64,000 nucleotides of DNA from Candidatus Woesearchaeota archaeon (GCA_964363345.1 CAYIHY010000002.1:761-64760); one strand, 5' to 3'. Shown: positions 43,985 to 53,438, counted from the first letter of the stretch. Made by a program: numbers and translations. The notes: a model not told the origin generated them from the sequence alone.

Positions 43985-45667
43985 TTAATTCATCCAATTC
44001 ATTCCTAAAATATCATCTAATTTTTCTCTCGGCAAATATGTATTTTCATAAATAATTTTACCTGCTTTTTCATCAGCAACTCCTGGATTTACAATATCCC
44101 ATGCGGGAATCATAATTGTTTTATCTGTTGATAAAGTTGCTAATATTTTTGCTTCTCCATTAGGTGCAATAAATACATGTCCAAATTCATGAGGCCCCAC
44201 GGGATCATTATAAACCGCATGTTCTGGTCGTATTTCAATAATGCTTCGATTAATAATCCCACTTGCAGAAGTTCCATTTAAATAAAAATTTGTTGTTTTA
44301 CCCGCGATGGCATTTCCGTACATGTCCTTAACATTTGAATTTGGAACTTCAATTACCCATCCTTCATCAGGAATAATAAATCCGTTAGCAATAGTATAAT
44401 GTTTTACTAAAGAATCATCTATGACATTTTGAAATGCTTCTCCCCCGATAAATTTCCTTATGCCTGTGGGAGAAGTAAATTCATCTATCAAATAACCTAT
44501 TTTAGCATTATCAAAAGAATCTGCTGAATTATTTGTTAATGGATTTTGTTTTAAAATCTGAACGTTTTTAGTAATTGACTTTTTTAATCCATCTTTATTA
44601 GGGAAATATCCCTGTCCGAAATTTATTTCCCCCATAGAATTTTTAAAATCTGTTGCATCAAAAAAAGAACCATCAGAATATCCATATCTACTAACTCTAA
44701 TTTTATTTGTTAAATCCTGATCTTTTGTTCCGTCGAGAGTTAATGTTCTTATGTAACTTGTTTCTGCTCCGCCAACTTTGTTAAATCGAGCTTGCAATTT
44801 TACTTGTGCAACTGGAGAACTCGCATGAAAACTAAAATTTCCGTCACTTGAATTTATGTCTGATAAAAGAGTTGTTCCATCGTAAATTCTAACTTCTCCT
44901 GCTGAATTTGTCAAGGTTTCAACATCTTGTAAATTTCCAGTTATATCTAATAAATTTTTTTCTGTTAAGGTATAATTTTGTTTTGTTGTATTTGTTCCAT
45001 CAGAGACATCTATTCCAACATCCTCATTTGTGTCTGCACTTATTGCGGGAGGTGACCCAGAAACTAACCAAGTTGAAGAATTTATTTGGTTTGCAGATAA
45101 CCAGGAAGGTTTTACTAAACATGTTAAATTGTCTCCTTCTGGATAATTAACTGTTACTTGATAATTATAAGAATTTCCTTCCTCAACTGTTAATATCGGA
45201 GACGAAGTTATTACCGGAGCATAATTTACTGGCGGATTTATAACGTCATCCAAAGCAACAATTTCTAATCTCGCTGTTCCTTTTAAACTCAAATCCAAAT
45301 TATCTGTGCCTTGTGCGATGAAGCTATATGTTCCAGCTTTAGTTGGAGTCCAAGAGTAATTTTTTATAGGAGAATCTTGTTTTATTAGTTCTAAATCTCC
45401 TGCATCAATTATCCCATTGCTATTATTATCTAATGCAATTAAGTGATTTGCAATTCCATTTTCGTCTGTTCCGTCTGCATTTAGGTAAATCGAGGTTCCA
45501 ACTTTAGTTGAAGATTGAGAAGAGCTGATGCTCTCTTTTGGAGCATAATTTGTTGTAGTAATAATCGGCTCGCAACCAAAAAAAACAAGGGAGGCTAAAG
45601 CTAATATTCCCGCCTTTACTCTTTTTATCTTGCTTTTTAATATATTATTTTCTAGTGTTTTAACCAT
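43985..45667 (-). CDS. Secreted, probably lipid-anchored protein with cadherin/Ig-like repeats and a C-terminal HExxH zinc-protease motif
   Basis: 560 aa. Lipobox-like signal ALASLVFFGC, Ig-like YAPVITSSPILTVEEGNSYNYQVTV, and C-terminal VGPHEFGHVF. Confidence 0.6.
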   Translation of the reverse strand: MVKTLENNILKSKIKRVKAGILALASLVFFGCEPIITTTNYAPKESISSSQSSTKVGTSIYLNADGTDENGIANHLIALDNNSNGIIDAGDLELIKQDSPIKNYSWTPTKAGTYSFIAQGTDNLDLSLKGTARLEIVALDDVINPPVNYAPVITSSPILTVEEGNSYNYQVTVNYPEGDNLTCLVKPSWLSANQINSSTWLVSGSPPAISADTNEDVGIDVSDGTNTTKQNYTLTEKNLLDITGNLQDVETLTNSAGEVRIYDGTTLLSDINSSDGNFSFHASSPVAQVKLQARFNKVGGAETSYIRTLTLDGTKDQDLTNKIRVSRYGYSDGSFFDATDFKNSMGEINFGQGYFPNKDGLKKSITKNVQILKQNPLTNNSADSFDNAKIGYLIDEFTSPTGIRKFIGGEAFQNVIDDSLVKHYTIANGFIIPDEGWVIEVPNSNVKDMYGNAIAGKTTNFYLNGTSASGIINRSIIEIRPEHAVYNDPVGPHEFGHVFIAPNGEAKILATLSTDKTIMIPAWDIVNPGVADEKAGKIIYENTYLPREKLDDILGMNWMN

Positions 45668-45727
45668 GATGAATTAATAACTTTAAACTATTTAAATCTT
45701 ATTATTGTCACCACTTAATAGGGAATA

Positions 45728-45991
45728 TTAATTTTTATAGACCTCATCATGATGCTTATACTTTTCAATTATTATCGTTTTTGTATTTTCATTTATAGAA
45801 TAAACCAGAACATAATTCCCTATGTGAACCCTCCAAAAATTTTGGAGAGGTTTTTTTAAAGGTTTAAAATGATACGGGTTTTCTCTTATCTCGGCTATTT
45901 TTTTTGAAATATAATCAAAAGAAATCTTATCTTTTTTGGATAATCTGCGGAATATCCTGTCCACACCTTCTTTTATTTCAAGATTATACAT
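45728..45991 (-). CDS. RelE/ParE superfamily toxin
   Basis: 87 aa. The pattern ...ENPYHFKPLKKPLQNFWRVHIGNYVLVYSINENTKTIIIEKYKHHDEVY is typical of RelE/YafQ-like toxins. Confidence 0.7.
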   Translation of the reverse strand: MYNLEIKEGVDRIFRRLSKKDKISFDYISKKIAEIRENPYHFKPLKKPLQNFWRVHIGNYVLVYSINENTKTIIIEKYKHHDEVYKN

Positions 45992-45998
45992 ATTTCCC

Positions 45999-46226
45999 CT
46001 ATTTATAATGTTCAGAAAAATTTTTGATTTTTATTGTTTTCTCTTTTTGAGATTCTAAAAGTTCTTTGATAAAATCCGGCTTTAATTCTGGCTCAAGCAT
46101 TTCTTTGCCAAAAATATTCAGAATCAAGTTAAGTGCGTCGCTTTTATCATTTAAATTTTCTTTAGCTTTGACAATATTCAAGATCCGATTCGCATTATCC
46201 TCAATATCTACAATTGCTTTAACCAT
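45999..46226 (-). CDS. Putative antitoxin partner of the RelE-like toxin
   Basis: 75 aa. Lies 7 nt upstream of the toxin gene on the same strand. Assigned by position only. Confidence 0.5.
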   Translation of the reverse strand: MVKAIVDIEDNANRILNIVKAKENLNDKSDALNLILNIFGKEMLEPELKPDFIKELLESQKEKTIKIKNFSEHYK

Positions 46227-46272
46227 GTTAATGTCGTATTAATATAATATTAATACTAGCTTATAAATCTTT

Positions 46273-47652
46273 TCATCCCTTCACAACAGCCAGAGGTTTT
46301 AATCTTGCAACCTTTTTGCTTATTCCCAAATCATCAACAACTTTCACAACCTCGTCGATATCCTTGTAAGCTTCAGGCGCTTCTTCAGCCAGGGACTTCC
46401 AGCTTCCTGCTTTGACTTCAATACCTTCTTTATTCATTTCTTTTTTAGTTTCCTCTCCCTTTAGATTTCTCAGAGCTAAACTTCTTGAAGAAATTCTCCC
46501 TGCTCCGTGGACTGTTGAACCGAATGTCAGCTCCTCTGCCTTTTTTGTCCCAATTAGCAAATACGACGCTGTTCCCATGCTTCCAGGAATAATTACGGGT
46601 TGTTTATTAAAAGCCCTCGTCGCGCCTTTTCTGTGGACGCACACAATTTTATTTTTCCCGCCTATTTTATGTTCTTCAAATTTCGCAATATTGTGACAAA
46701 CATCATAGACAACATCTATTTTCACTTTTGGAAAAAGTTTCCCCATTTCTTCCCTAATCCAGTGAGTAATTATTTGTTTATTTGCAAATGCAAAATTTGC
46801 AGCAGCGCACATTGCAGAATAATAATCTTTTCCTAGTTTGCTTTTTATCGGTGCATTGATTAATTCTCTATCTGGTAAATTTTTGAAACCATATTCTTTT
46901 TCCATCAACTGAATATAATCACTTGCAACCTGATGTCCGAGCCCCCTGCTTCCGCAGTGAATCATTATTGTTACCTGTCCTTTTTTTATTCCAAGTTTTT
47001 TTGCAATTTTATCGTCGAAGATTTCATCAACATACTGAACTTCTAAAAAATGATTTCCCGCACCGATTGTCCCAAGTTGCCCAATTCCCCTGTTAACTGC
47101 TCTTTCAGAAACTTTGTCTGAATCAGCGTCTTTCATATTTCCTTCTTCTTCGGTGTGTAGATAATCTTCTTTAACTCCCATTTTTAAATTATCCACCACA
47201 TATTTTGCCCCGCCCTCAAGTAATTTATTCAATTCTTTTCTTGTAATTTGAAATTTGCTTCCTCTACCGACTCCAGATGGAATTTTTTCGTACAATTTTT
47301 CAACAACTTCTTTTTGTTTTTTTAAAATATCTTCTTTTTTCAAATTTGTTTTCAGCAGTCTTACAGAACAATTAATATCATAGCCGACTCCGCCTGGAGA
47401 AATTACTCCCCGGTCTAAATCAAAAGCCGCAACTCCGCCGATAGAAAATCCGTAACCTTGGTGCGCATCAGGAAGCGCGATTGAATATTTTAAAATTCCG
47501 GGAAGATGCGCAACATTTTTTACTTGTTCCAGCGTTTTATCTTTTTCTATATTTTTAAGAATGCTTTCGCTGGCAAAAATCCGTGCAGGAACTTTCATTC
47601 CGTTTTCGGCAGGAATTTCATAAACATCTTTTGAAACCTTTTTTAATTCCAT
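46273..47652 (-). CDS. rtcB: RNA-splicing ligase RtcB
   Basis: 459 aa. Contains GGVGYDINCSVRLL, GAGNHFLEVQ, HCGSRGLGHQV and HGAGR. Confidence 0.9.
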   Translation of the reverse strand: MELKKVSKDVYEIPAENGMKVPARIFASESILKNIEKDKTLEQVKNVAHLPGILKYSIALPDAHQGYGFSIGGVAAFDLDRGVISPGGVGYDINCSVRLLKTNLKKEDILKKQKEVVEKLYEKIPSGVGRGSKFQITRKELNKLLEGGAKYVVDNLKMGVKEDYLHTEEEGNMKDADSDKVSERAVNRGIGQLGTIGAGNHFLEVQYVDEIFDDKIAKKLGIKKGQVTIMIHCGSRGLGHQVASDYIQLMEKEYGFKNLPDRELINAPIKSKLGKDYYSAMCAAANFAFANKQIITHWIREEMGKLFPKVKIDVVYDVCHNIAKFEEHKIGGKNKIVCVHRKGATRAFNKQPVIIPGSMGTASYLLIGTKKAEELTFGSTVHGAGRISSRSLALRNLKGEETKKEMNKEGIEVKAGSWKSLAEEAPEAYKDIDEVVKVVDDLGISKKVARLKPLAVVKG

Positions 47653-47685
47653 AAAATTATATGCTTCTCAATATTTTAAAGATAA

Positions 47686-48198
47686 CTATGCACGAAGTTC
47701 TTGCAAAATTCCATACGCTTTGTCCTCCATTAATCTAACAAATGCAATTTTTTCTCTATTATTCATTTGGGGATATTCCTCAGTGTTATCCTCTATAATA
47801 TTTATTACTTCTTTTGCTTTCTTACCTAAACTTGGAAATTCATCTCCTAAATAAAAATCAATCATAGAACTTGCAGACCACAAACCTCCAAGGCTTAGAT
47901 TTTTTCTAAGTTTATTTCTCCATAAAAATGCTCCTGCCTCTTCACCATATCTGCTCTTCAGTTCTCTTTTCCATTTTTTTCTTAACAAACCTTGATTGGG
48001 AATTAAATCAAAATCATCTTCAATTAATGGAATTAGAATATAATCCTTAATCCAATTGATCACCATATCTAAATGAGAGTCCCTGCCTAAAAATATGGAA
48101 TTTATTTCTCCGGAAAAATTATATTTTGGCTGACGCTTTGACATAATGTGCCAACTATAAAGAGGATCGTTCACCAATATTTCTTCAATTTTTTCCAT
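47686..48198 (-). CDS. Hypothetical protein (170 aa)
   Basis: ORF only, no motif recognised. Confidence 0.45.
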   Translation of the reverse strand: MEKIEEILVNDPLYSWHIMSKRQPKYNFSGEINSIFLGRDSHLDMVINWIKDYILIPLIEDDFDLIPNQGLLRKKWKRELKSRYGEEAGAFLWRNKLRKNLSLGGLWSASSMIDFYLGDEFPSLGKKAKEVINIIEDNTEEYPQMNNREKIAFVRLMEDKAYGILQELRA

Positions 48199-48241
48199 AA
48201 ATATGTGCGTAAGAATACCTTTAAAAACGTTTAGCCACGAA

Positions 48242-48454
48242 TTATTTTTTCTTTTCTACAATTTTCTCACTAATCTTGGTAATATCTTCTTTTTTCTTTT
48301 TGAATAATTCATACAATGCAAAGAATGTCAAAATCGCCCCGGCAAAAGTTGAAAAAAGAACAACATTATTTTTTATAATATTAATCAACGGAAGTTTTCC
48401 TGCATTATCCAGTCTGTTTTTCTGAGCAAGATATTCTTCACCCGCAAGATTCAA
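48242..48454 (-). CDS. Small membrane protein (70 aa)
   Basis: Single TM (VVLFSTFAGAILTFFALYELF). Its start overlaps the upstream ORF stop by 4 nt. Confidence 0.4.
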   Translation of the reverse strand: MNLAGEEYLAQKNRLDNAGKLPLINIIKNNVVLFSTFAGAILTFFALYELFKKKKEDITKISEKIVEKKK

Positions 48455-49113
48455 ATTAACTTTGGCATCCCAACATTTCCCGTTAAAATATCTTCTTGAA
48501 TATTATGAATGTAATTATCAAGCAGGTTAAGATTTACTAAGGACATGTCATAATTATTTGACGATTTTTTGCTAAATTCATCCTGAAGGATTGTAAAATT
48601 TTGTTTTAATACTCCGAGCTGGTCAGAAATATTTTTTATTTCCTGTTCTTTTTCCTGAGCTTTTTTAAGATCGTCTAATTTTTGCTGGTCGCTTTCTATA
48701 TTTTGATTTATAACAGTTATATTCTGGTAAAATGTTTCATCATTAATTTTTATTATTAAAGTAATATTTCCTGCCTGCTTAAGATTGCCGTAAACAAAAA
48801 TATAATCTTTCTGACCAGAAGCAAGAGAGTTTATTGGGACAATATTATAAGTTGAAAATCCATTCCCCGTGACGAAAGCAAAAGTGTTGCTGATTGTTTC
48901 ATTTTTATTATTCTGAATCTGTATATTAAATTGGGCATCTCCCAACTGCACTTCTTTGGGCATGAAATTTGTCAAAATTATATTTGAAATTGTTGCAGTA
49001 GAATTATCAATTGCAGTTTGATTTAATGTTTCATTTCCAACTGCGCAAACTCCGGCAGATAAAAATATCAACGCAAAAAATAAAATAAATAATATCCTCT
49101 TTCCCATAGTCAT
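48451..49113 (-). CDS. Secreted or anchored hypothetical protein
   Basis: The track ORF extends to 49227 and overlaps archease by 86 nt. I prefer the internal start MTMGKRILFILFFALIFLSAGVCA (49113), which gives a normal signal peptide and no overlap. Confidence 0.5.
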   Translation of the reverse strand: MTMGKRILFILFFALIFLSAGVCAVGNETLNQTAIDNSTATISNIILTNFMPKEVQLGDAQFNIQIQNNKNETISNTFAFVTGNGFSTYNIVPINSLASGQKDYIFVYGNLKQAGNITLIIKINDETFYQNITVINQNIESDQQKLDDLKKAQEKEQEIKNISDQLGVLKQNFTILQDEFSKKSSNNYDMSLVNLNLLDNYIHNIQEDILTGNVGMPKLI

Positions 49114-49141
49114 TCCAGAAAGATGGTAATTATAAATATTT

Positions 49142-49549
49142 CTAAACGTCAAGGACAACTTGAGATACCCACTTTTTTCCTTTTTTCTCAACGAACATGT
49201 CATTGTACGTAATCGCTTTGACTTCATTTGTAAAATTATAATTTGATGCTTTATCTCCGGAAATTTTTGCGCTTAATCTAAAATCCTTTATTTTTATTTC
49301 TTTTATTTTTGAAATCAAAAAATTTTCAGCATCAAGAAGATAAATTATTTCTTCAAGAAAACTATAAAGCAGCGACTCAAAATCTTTTCCCTTAACTTTT
49401 ATAAGTTTATTTTTTTTTTCTTTTATTTTTATTTTTCCAGAAATTGATTCTTTCAAAGCTAAAGCAGAATTTTCAAAAACTTCTTCAGAATTTTTTCCGA
49501 ATGCCCGAAATTTTACGTCCGCAGTATGTTCAAGAAATTTATACTTCAT
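49142..49549 (-). CDS. Archease (RtcB activator)
   Basis: 135 aa. N-terminus MKYKFLEHTADVKFRAFG and C-terminus VKAITYNDM, typical of archease. Confidence 0.85.
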   Translation of the reverse strand: MKYKFLEHTADVKFRAFGKNSEEVFENSALALKESISGKIKIKEKKNKLIKVKGKDFESLLYSFLEEIIYLLDAENFLISKIKEIKIKDFRLSAKISGDKASNYNFTNEVKAITYNDMFVEKKGKKWVSQVVLDV

Positions 49550-49555
49550 AATTAA

Positions 49556-50212
49556 TTATTTTGTCCAGCAGAATAATTTTAATTGTCTGTAAGCATTGCT
49601 TATTGTTGCATCAGCGCCGTTGGTATAGCCTGTTCCTCCAGAAGTAATTGCAACCCCTGTAACTACTCCATTCACCTCAGTAATTGTTCCTGTTGCTCCC
49701 GAACCTCCGCTGATTATCACCATTGCACCATTAATATAATTTGTTCCTCCACTGGTAATTGTAATTCCCGTAACTTCTCCGTTAGTAACCGCAATAGTTC
49801 CTGTCGCTCCGCTCCCTTGCTGTAAGGTAGTGGTTATAACAACTGCTTGTGCATAAACATCTTTTTCAATCACAGAAGATAAAACACATTTGTCGGATAA
49901 AAAACAGATTTGCCCCTGACAAATTAAATAATTCGGAGTTCTGAGATTTATTCTGTCCTGAATATCTGTAGGAACTTTTGCAGGCAGAATTGGGACCGCT
50001 AAAATTTCTGACCTGAACGCATCATTGGTTTCTATTTCTCTGAGAATTGAAAGTTGTGAAGTATAAACTTGTTCAGATATATCTGTCTTCCCAAATGTCC
50101 CTTTATTTATCACGACTAAAAGAACTCCCGCGACGAGCAAAACGGCAACAAATGCTTCGACAATTTCTATCCACGCTCTTTTATCTCTTTTTTTAATCAT
50201 CTTAATTACCAT
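49556..50212 (-). CDS. Pilin-like protein with a class III-type signal and two G/T-rich 37-aa repeats
   Basis: 218 aa. KRDKRA/WIEIVEAFVAVLLVAGVLLVVI, then GSGATGTIAVTNGEVTGITITSGGTNYINGAMVIIS followed by GGSGATGTITEVNGVVTGVAITSGGTGYTNGADATIS. Confidence 0.55.
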   Translation of the reverse strand: MVIKMIKKRDKRAWIEIVEAFVAVLLVAGVLLVVINKGTFGKTDISEQVYTSQLSILREIETNDAFRSEILAVPILPAKVPTDIQDRINLRTPNYLICQGQICFLSDKCVLSSVIEKDVYAQAVVITTTLQQGSGATGTIAVTNGEVTGITITSGGTNYINGAMVIISGGSGATGTITEVNGVVTGVAITSGGTGYTNGADATISNAYRQLKLFCWTK

Positions 50213-50982
50213 ACTTTCAGATTTATAAAACCTGATAAAATATTCGCATTCGCATCAACATATTGAATCGGAATTTCATCTGCATAAACACTTGCTTTTT
50301 CGGGGGCAGTTCCAACTTCGGTTTTTGTCCCGTCACTTTTTATAAACCCAAATCCAAAATCATTTCCTGGAGGAATTTTCAAGTAAATTTTTAGTTGGTC
50401 ATAATTGGAATTGTAATAACTTTCTAAATAATTTATCTTGCTTTCAAAAGCATATTTTGTTATTGTCACAGACCCAATCGCATAATCCCCCGTGTTAGAA
50501 TTTATATCATAGATTAATAGTGGGCAGCTCGAAACATCTTTTGTTGTTAATCCAGTGAAATTAGTGGAATAATATATATTAAAAAAAGAATCATAAACAC
50601 TATTTTTTTTATCTCTATTGTCTATTTTTAATCCCCCAAATTCTGTTCCAACAGAACCCTCATACGCTTCTTGAACATTTTCTAAATCATTTTTTACTAT
50701 CAAAGGATAAGGGGGCTGGATTTCCAAGGCAGTAAGCAGATTTGCAAAAACAACGCAATTTTTATTTGGATTATTGCTTATTTGAACAGTAGTGCTTGTA
50801 AGATTGGAAGAAACATTTTTTATCACTTGCGTTTCAAGAGAGCTTAAAATTGATTTCTTGTCTGTTCCTGTATTTATCGCAGGTTTAACGACACTGTATA
50901 AAAAAACTATGAATGTAATAAAAATAACAAATGATAAAATCATTCCCACATGGGATCCTCTCTTGCTTTTCATAAACATCAT
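50206..50982 (-). CDS. Pilin-like protein (class III-type signal)
   Basis: 258 aa. MKSKRG/SHVGMILSFVIFITFIVFLYSVV. Overlaps its neighbour by 7 nt. Confidence 0.5.
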   Translation of the reverse strand: MMFMKSKRGSHVGMILSFVIFITFIVFLYSVVKPAINTGTDKKSILSSLETQVIKNVSSNLTSTTVQISNNPNKNCVVFANLLTALEIQPPYPLIVKNDLENVQEAYEGSVGTEFGGLKIDNRDKKNSVYDSFFNIYYSTNFTGLTTKDVSSCPLLIYDINSNTGDYAIGSVTITKYAFESKINYLESYYNSNYDQLKIYLKIPPGNDFGFGFIKSDGTKTEVGTAPEKASVYADEIPIQYVDANANILSGFINLKVW

Positions 50983-51012
50983 TGCCTCTTTAGATTTATA
51001 TTTCTTGCTTAT

Positions 51013-51861
51013 TTATTTTCCAAAAAGAATATTTGCGATTGTCGCAATTCCTAAAGAAAGGATAACTAAAGCGAAAGAATGTTTCAATCCGGCTTTTATA
51101 CTACCTTCAGATAATTTTCCTATGACCAGCCCGCTGAAAAGTCCCTGAATTAATAATAAATACATAAACGCTTGCGATACTTCTGCTGCTGAAATTCCTG
51201 CCCCACTTGAACTGCTTATTGCTCCTGAACTTCCTAAACTTCCGACATTTGCAATCCCCGAAATCATAGGGATAATGTAGAATTGCATAACTAAAACAAT
51301 TATAATAAAAACAAAAAATATGATATAACCCTGAACTGCAAGCGTTGAAATCGTCGCCTTTCTTTCTTTTTTTAACTTGTCGGTCATGTTAACTGCTTTA
51401 GCAACTGCTTCCAAAATATCTGCAATATTCCCCCCTGCTCTTTCTGCCTGCCCGATTAAAGTAATTGTTCTTGATACTGTTTTATTATTAATATCGTCGG
51501 CAAATATTTGCAGGGCAGTTTTCAGCGGTATTCCCAGAGCAATTTGGTTGGCAAGTTTCTCAACGTGCTTGCTTAAACTTCCAAATGGTTTCTTTTTCAA
51601 GTTTACTAAACTCTTGCTTATTGGGGTTCCTGTTTTTACACTTTCTACAAGATTTCTAGCGAATTCCAAGAACATTTCTTCTTTTTCCTGAGATTCTTTT
51701 GTTTTTTGCATAGTTGTCAAAACAAAGGGGGTTGCTATTGCTAAAAATCCAAATGAAATTATGAAAAAGAAAAATCTTGTATTGTAAAATAAAATTGAAC
51801 TTAAAATTATTGCAATCCCCGCTATTATTCCGACCCAATGAACTTTTTTTAATTCTATCAT
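51013..51861 (-). CDS. Type II secretion system F-domain membrane protein (TadC/FlaJ-like platform, C-terminal half)
   Basis: 282 aa, polytopic. T2SSF-like core LANQIALGIPLKTALQIFADDINNKTVSRTITLIGQAERAGGNIADIL. Confidence 0.7.
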   Translation of the reverse strand: MIELKKVHWVGIIAGIAIILSSILFYNTRFFFFIISFGFLAIATPFVLTTMQKTKESQEKEEMFLEFARNLVESVKTGTPISKSLVNLKKKPFGSLSKHVEKLANQIALGIPLKTALQIFADDINNKTVSRTITLIGQAERAGGNIADILEAVAKAVNMTDKLKKERKATISTLAVQGYIIFFVFIIIVLVMQFYIIPMISGIANVGSLGSSGAISSSSGAGISAAEVSQAFMYLLLIQGLFSGLVIGKLSEGSIKAGLKHSFALVILSLGIATIANILFGK

Positions 51862-53162
51862 GCTGTTGAAGTCTGTTTTAATTGAAGGAATATAAGGAAG
51901 AAAACATTTATCAACGAAACCCCTCCAGCGACGAGAATAGTAATCATTGTCGTGCTCAGCGAGATTCCGAGCCCGCTTATCTTCATCATCATCAAAAGGA
52001 GCATAAAAATCATCGGCGCTGCAATTACGACGCTGATATAAATATCCATAAAACTTTCAGAACTTTTTGTATTTTTTTCCTTTTCAAGTCGGTATTCAAA
52101 TAAAAGACTCTGCGATCTTTTTTCAAAAAAATCATACAAGCTTCCTCCTGAAGTTATTGTTGTGGCAAGTCCATTTAAAAGTTCAGAAAGTCTTTGGCTT
52201 GGACTATTAAGCGCAGAATCTTTCAGTGCGGTAACAAGGTCATATCCGTAAACATTTATTTCATTAAGCAGTTTGTTAAATTCTTTTTCCAGATTGGGAT
52301 ATTCTTTTGTCGAAGAGATTATGCTGAAAATTTTTGTCGGGTCTATCATCGAGCCAGAAATTGCAGCCATATGTATAGCCGCGAAAGGCAATTCTCCGTC
52401 GATTTTTCCTCCAAGTGATTTTTTTTCAAGAGAGGGGTAAGTATTCATAAATAAAAAAGTTCCAGCCGGAAAAACAAAAATAATCCAAAATACCATCAAA
52501 AATCGTGCACCGAAAGTTTCAGTTACTTTCGTTATTATTGGAAGCATTGGGCTGAGGTTAAAGAAAAGCAGGAAGATAAATAAAATAAACGAAATCGCAA
52601 AAGTCACTGTAGTATTGAAAAGCATAAGAGAAATATATGAAACCAAAGAATATCCCAGATTGGCTTTCACTAAATCTCTTCCGACGGTTTTAAATTTTTT
52701 TTGTCTAATCAAAGTCATAGCATAATTCGAAAAAAGACGAGTTGCAAGTTGTGTGTAATCACTTGTTTTTTTCTCAACTTTCTCAACTTTTTTCTTCTGC
52801 ATTTCTTTTTCCTTTTTCAATCTTTTTAGGATATCTTTGTCAAGTTCAGAAATTTTTTCGCTGAGCTTTTTAATCGGTTCCCTCTTCTCAACTTTTTTTG
52901 GGATTTCTTTTTCTGGCTCTTTTACTCTCGCACTTTCTGCAAGAGGAGTTGTAATATTCGCTTCCTCGAGATTTGCCCGCAATTCTTCATTTGTTTTTTT
53001 TAAAAAATCTTTTAATTTTTCGTGCTGAACTTCCATCATCTTTTTTTCCTGCTGATTTCTGGAGTTTTCTGCAGAATCAAGAAGAGAATTCATCTCAAGA
53101 ATTATATTTTTTTCCTTGAAAACCAGCTCTTTTATTTTTTCAATATTATCTTCAATCGTCAT
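51858..53162 (-). CDS. Type II secretion system F-domain membrane protein (TadB/FlaJ-like platform) with an N-terminal coiled coil
   Basis: 434 aa. K/E-rich N-terminal ~130 aa, then TM segments and a T2SSF-like core YGYDLVTALKDSALNSPSQRLSELLNGLATTITSGGSL. Confidence 0.7.
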   Translation of the reverse strand: MTIEDNIEKIKELVFKEKNIILEMNSLLDSAENSRNQQEKKMMEVQHEKLKDFLKKTNEELRANLEEANITTPLAESARVKEPEKEIPKKVEKREPIKKLSEKISELDKDILKRLKKEKEMQKKKVEKVEKKTSDYTQLATRLFSNYAMTLIRQKKFKTVGRDLVKANLGYSLVSYISLMLFNTTVTFAISFILFIFLLFFNLSPMLPIITKVTETFGARFLMVFWIIFVFPAGTFLFMNTYPSLEKKSLGGKIDGELPFAAIHMAAISGSMIDPTKIFSIISSTKEYPNLEKEFNKLLNEINVYGYDLVTALKDSALNSPSQRLSELLNGLATTITSGGSLYDFFEKRSQSLLFEYRLEKEKNTKSSESFMDIYISVVIAAPMIFMLLLMMMKISGLGISLSTTMITILVAGGVSLINVFFLIFLQLKQTSTA

Positions 53163-53323
53163 TTTATAATCTCAGAAATTTCCTCCTGCATTCGGAGCAT
53201 TATCTTTTTTGACTGATTAAAATTCTCGTATTCTTTTCTTTTGTATGATATTTCAAGCCTTTTTTCAGCATCTTCCAATGATTTTATCAGCTGGTTTAGA
53301 AATAAAATTTCATCCCTTTTCAT
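53159..53323 (-). CDS. Small coiled-coil protein (54 aa) translationally coupled to the platform gene
   Basis: Below the ORF-track cutoff. Hand translation: MKRDEILFLNQLIKSLEDAEKRLEISYKRKEYENFNQSKKIMLRMQEEISEIIK. Its TGA overlaps the ATG of the 434-aa ORF (ATGA at 53162..53159). Confidence 0.4.
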   Translation of the reverse strand: MKRDEILFLNQLIKSLEDAEKRLEISYKRKEYENFNQSKKIMLRMQEEISEIIK

Positions 53324-53438
53324 TTTATTTATAAAATGAATCCGCAGAATTTGTCTGAGGACTCACCAAAAATTTTATTTTTGAGTGTTTCATATGCAGG
53401 AAAAGACTTTTGTGTTATTAAATATTTTGATATCTAAA

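Noticed and set aside
49114-49227. N-terminal 38 aa of the 258-aa track ORF, overlapping the archease 3' end by 86 nt
   Set aside because: The internal Met at 49113 gives a canonical signal peptide (MTMGKRILFILFFALIFLSAGVCA) and removes the overlap. The upstream extension has no hydrophobic or conserved character.
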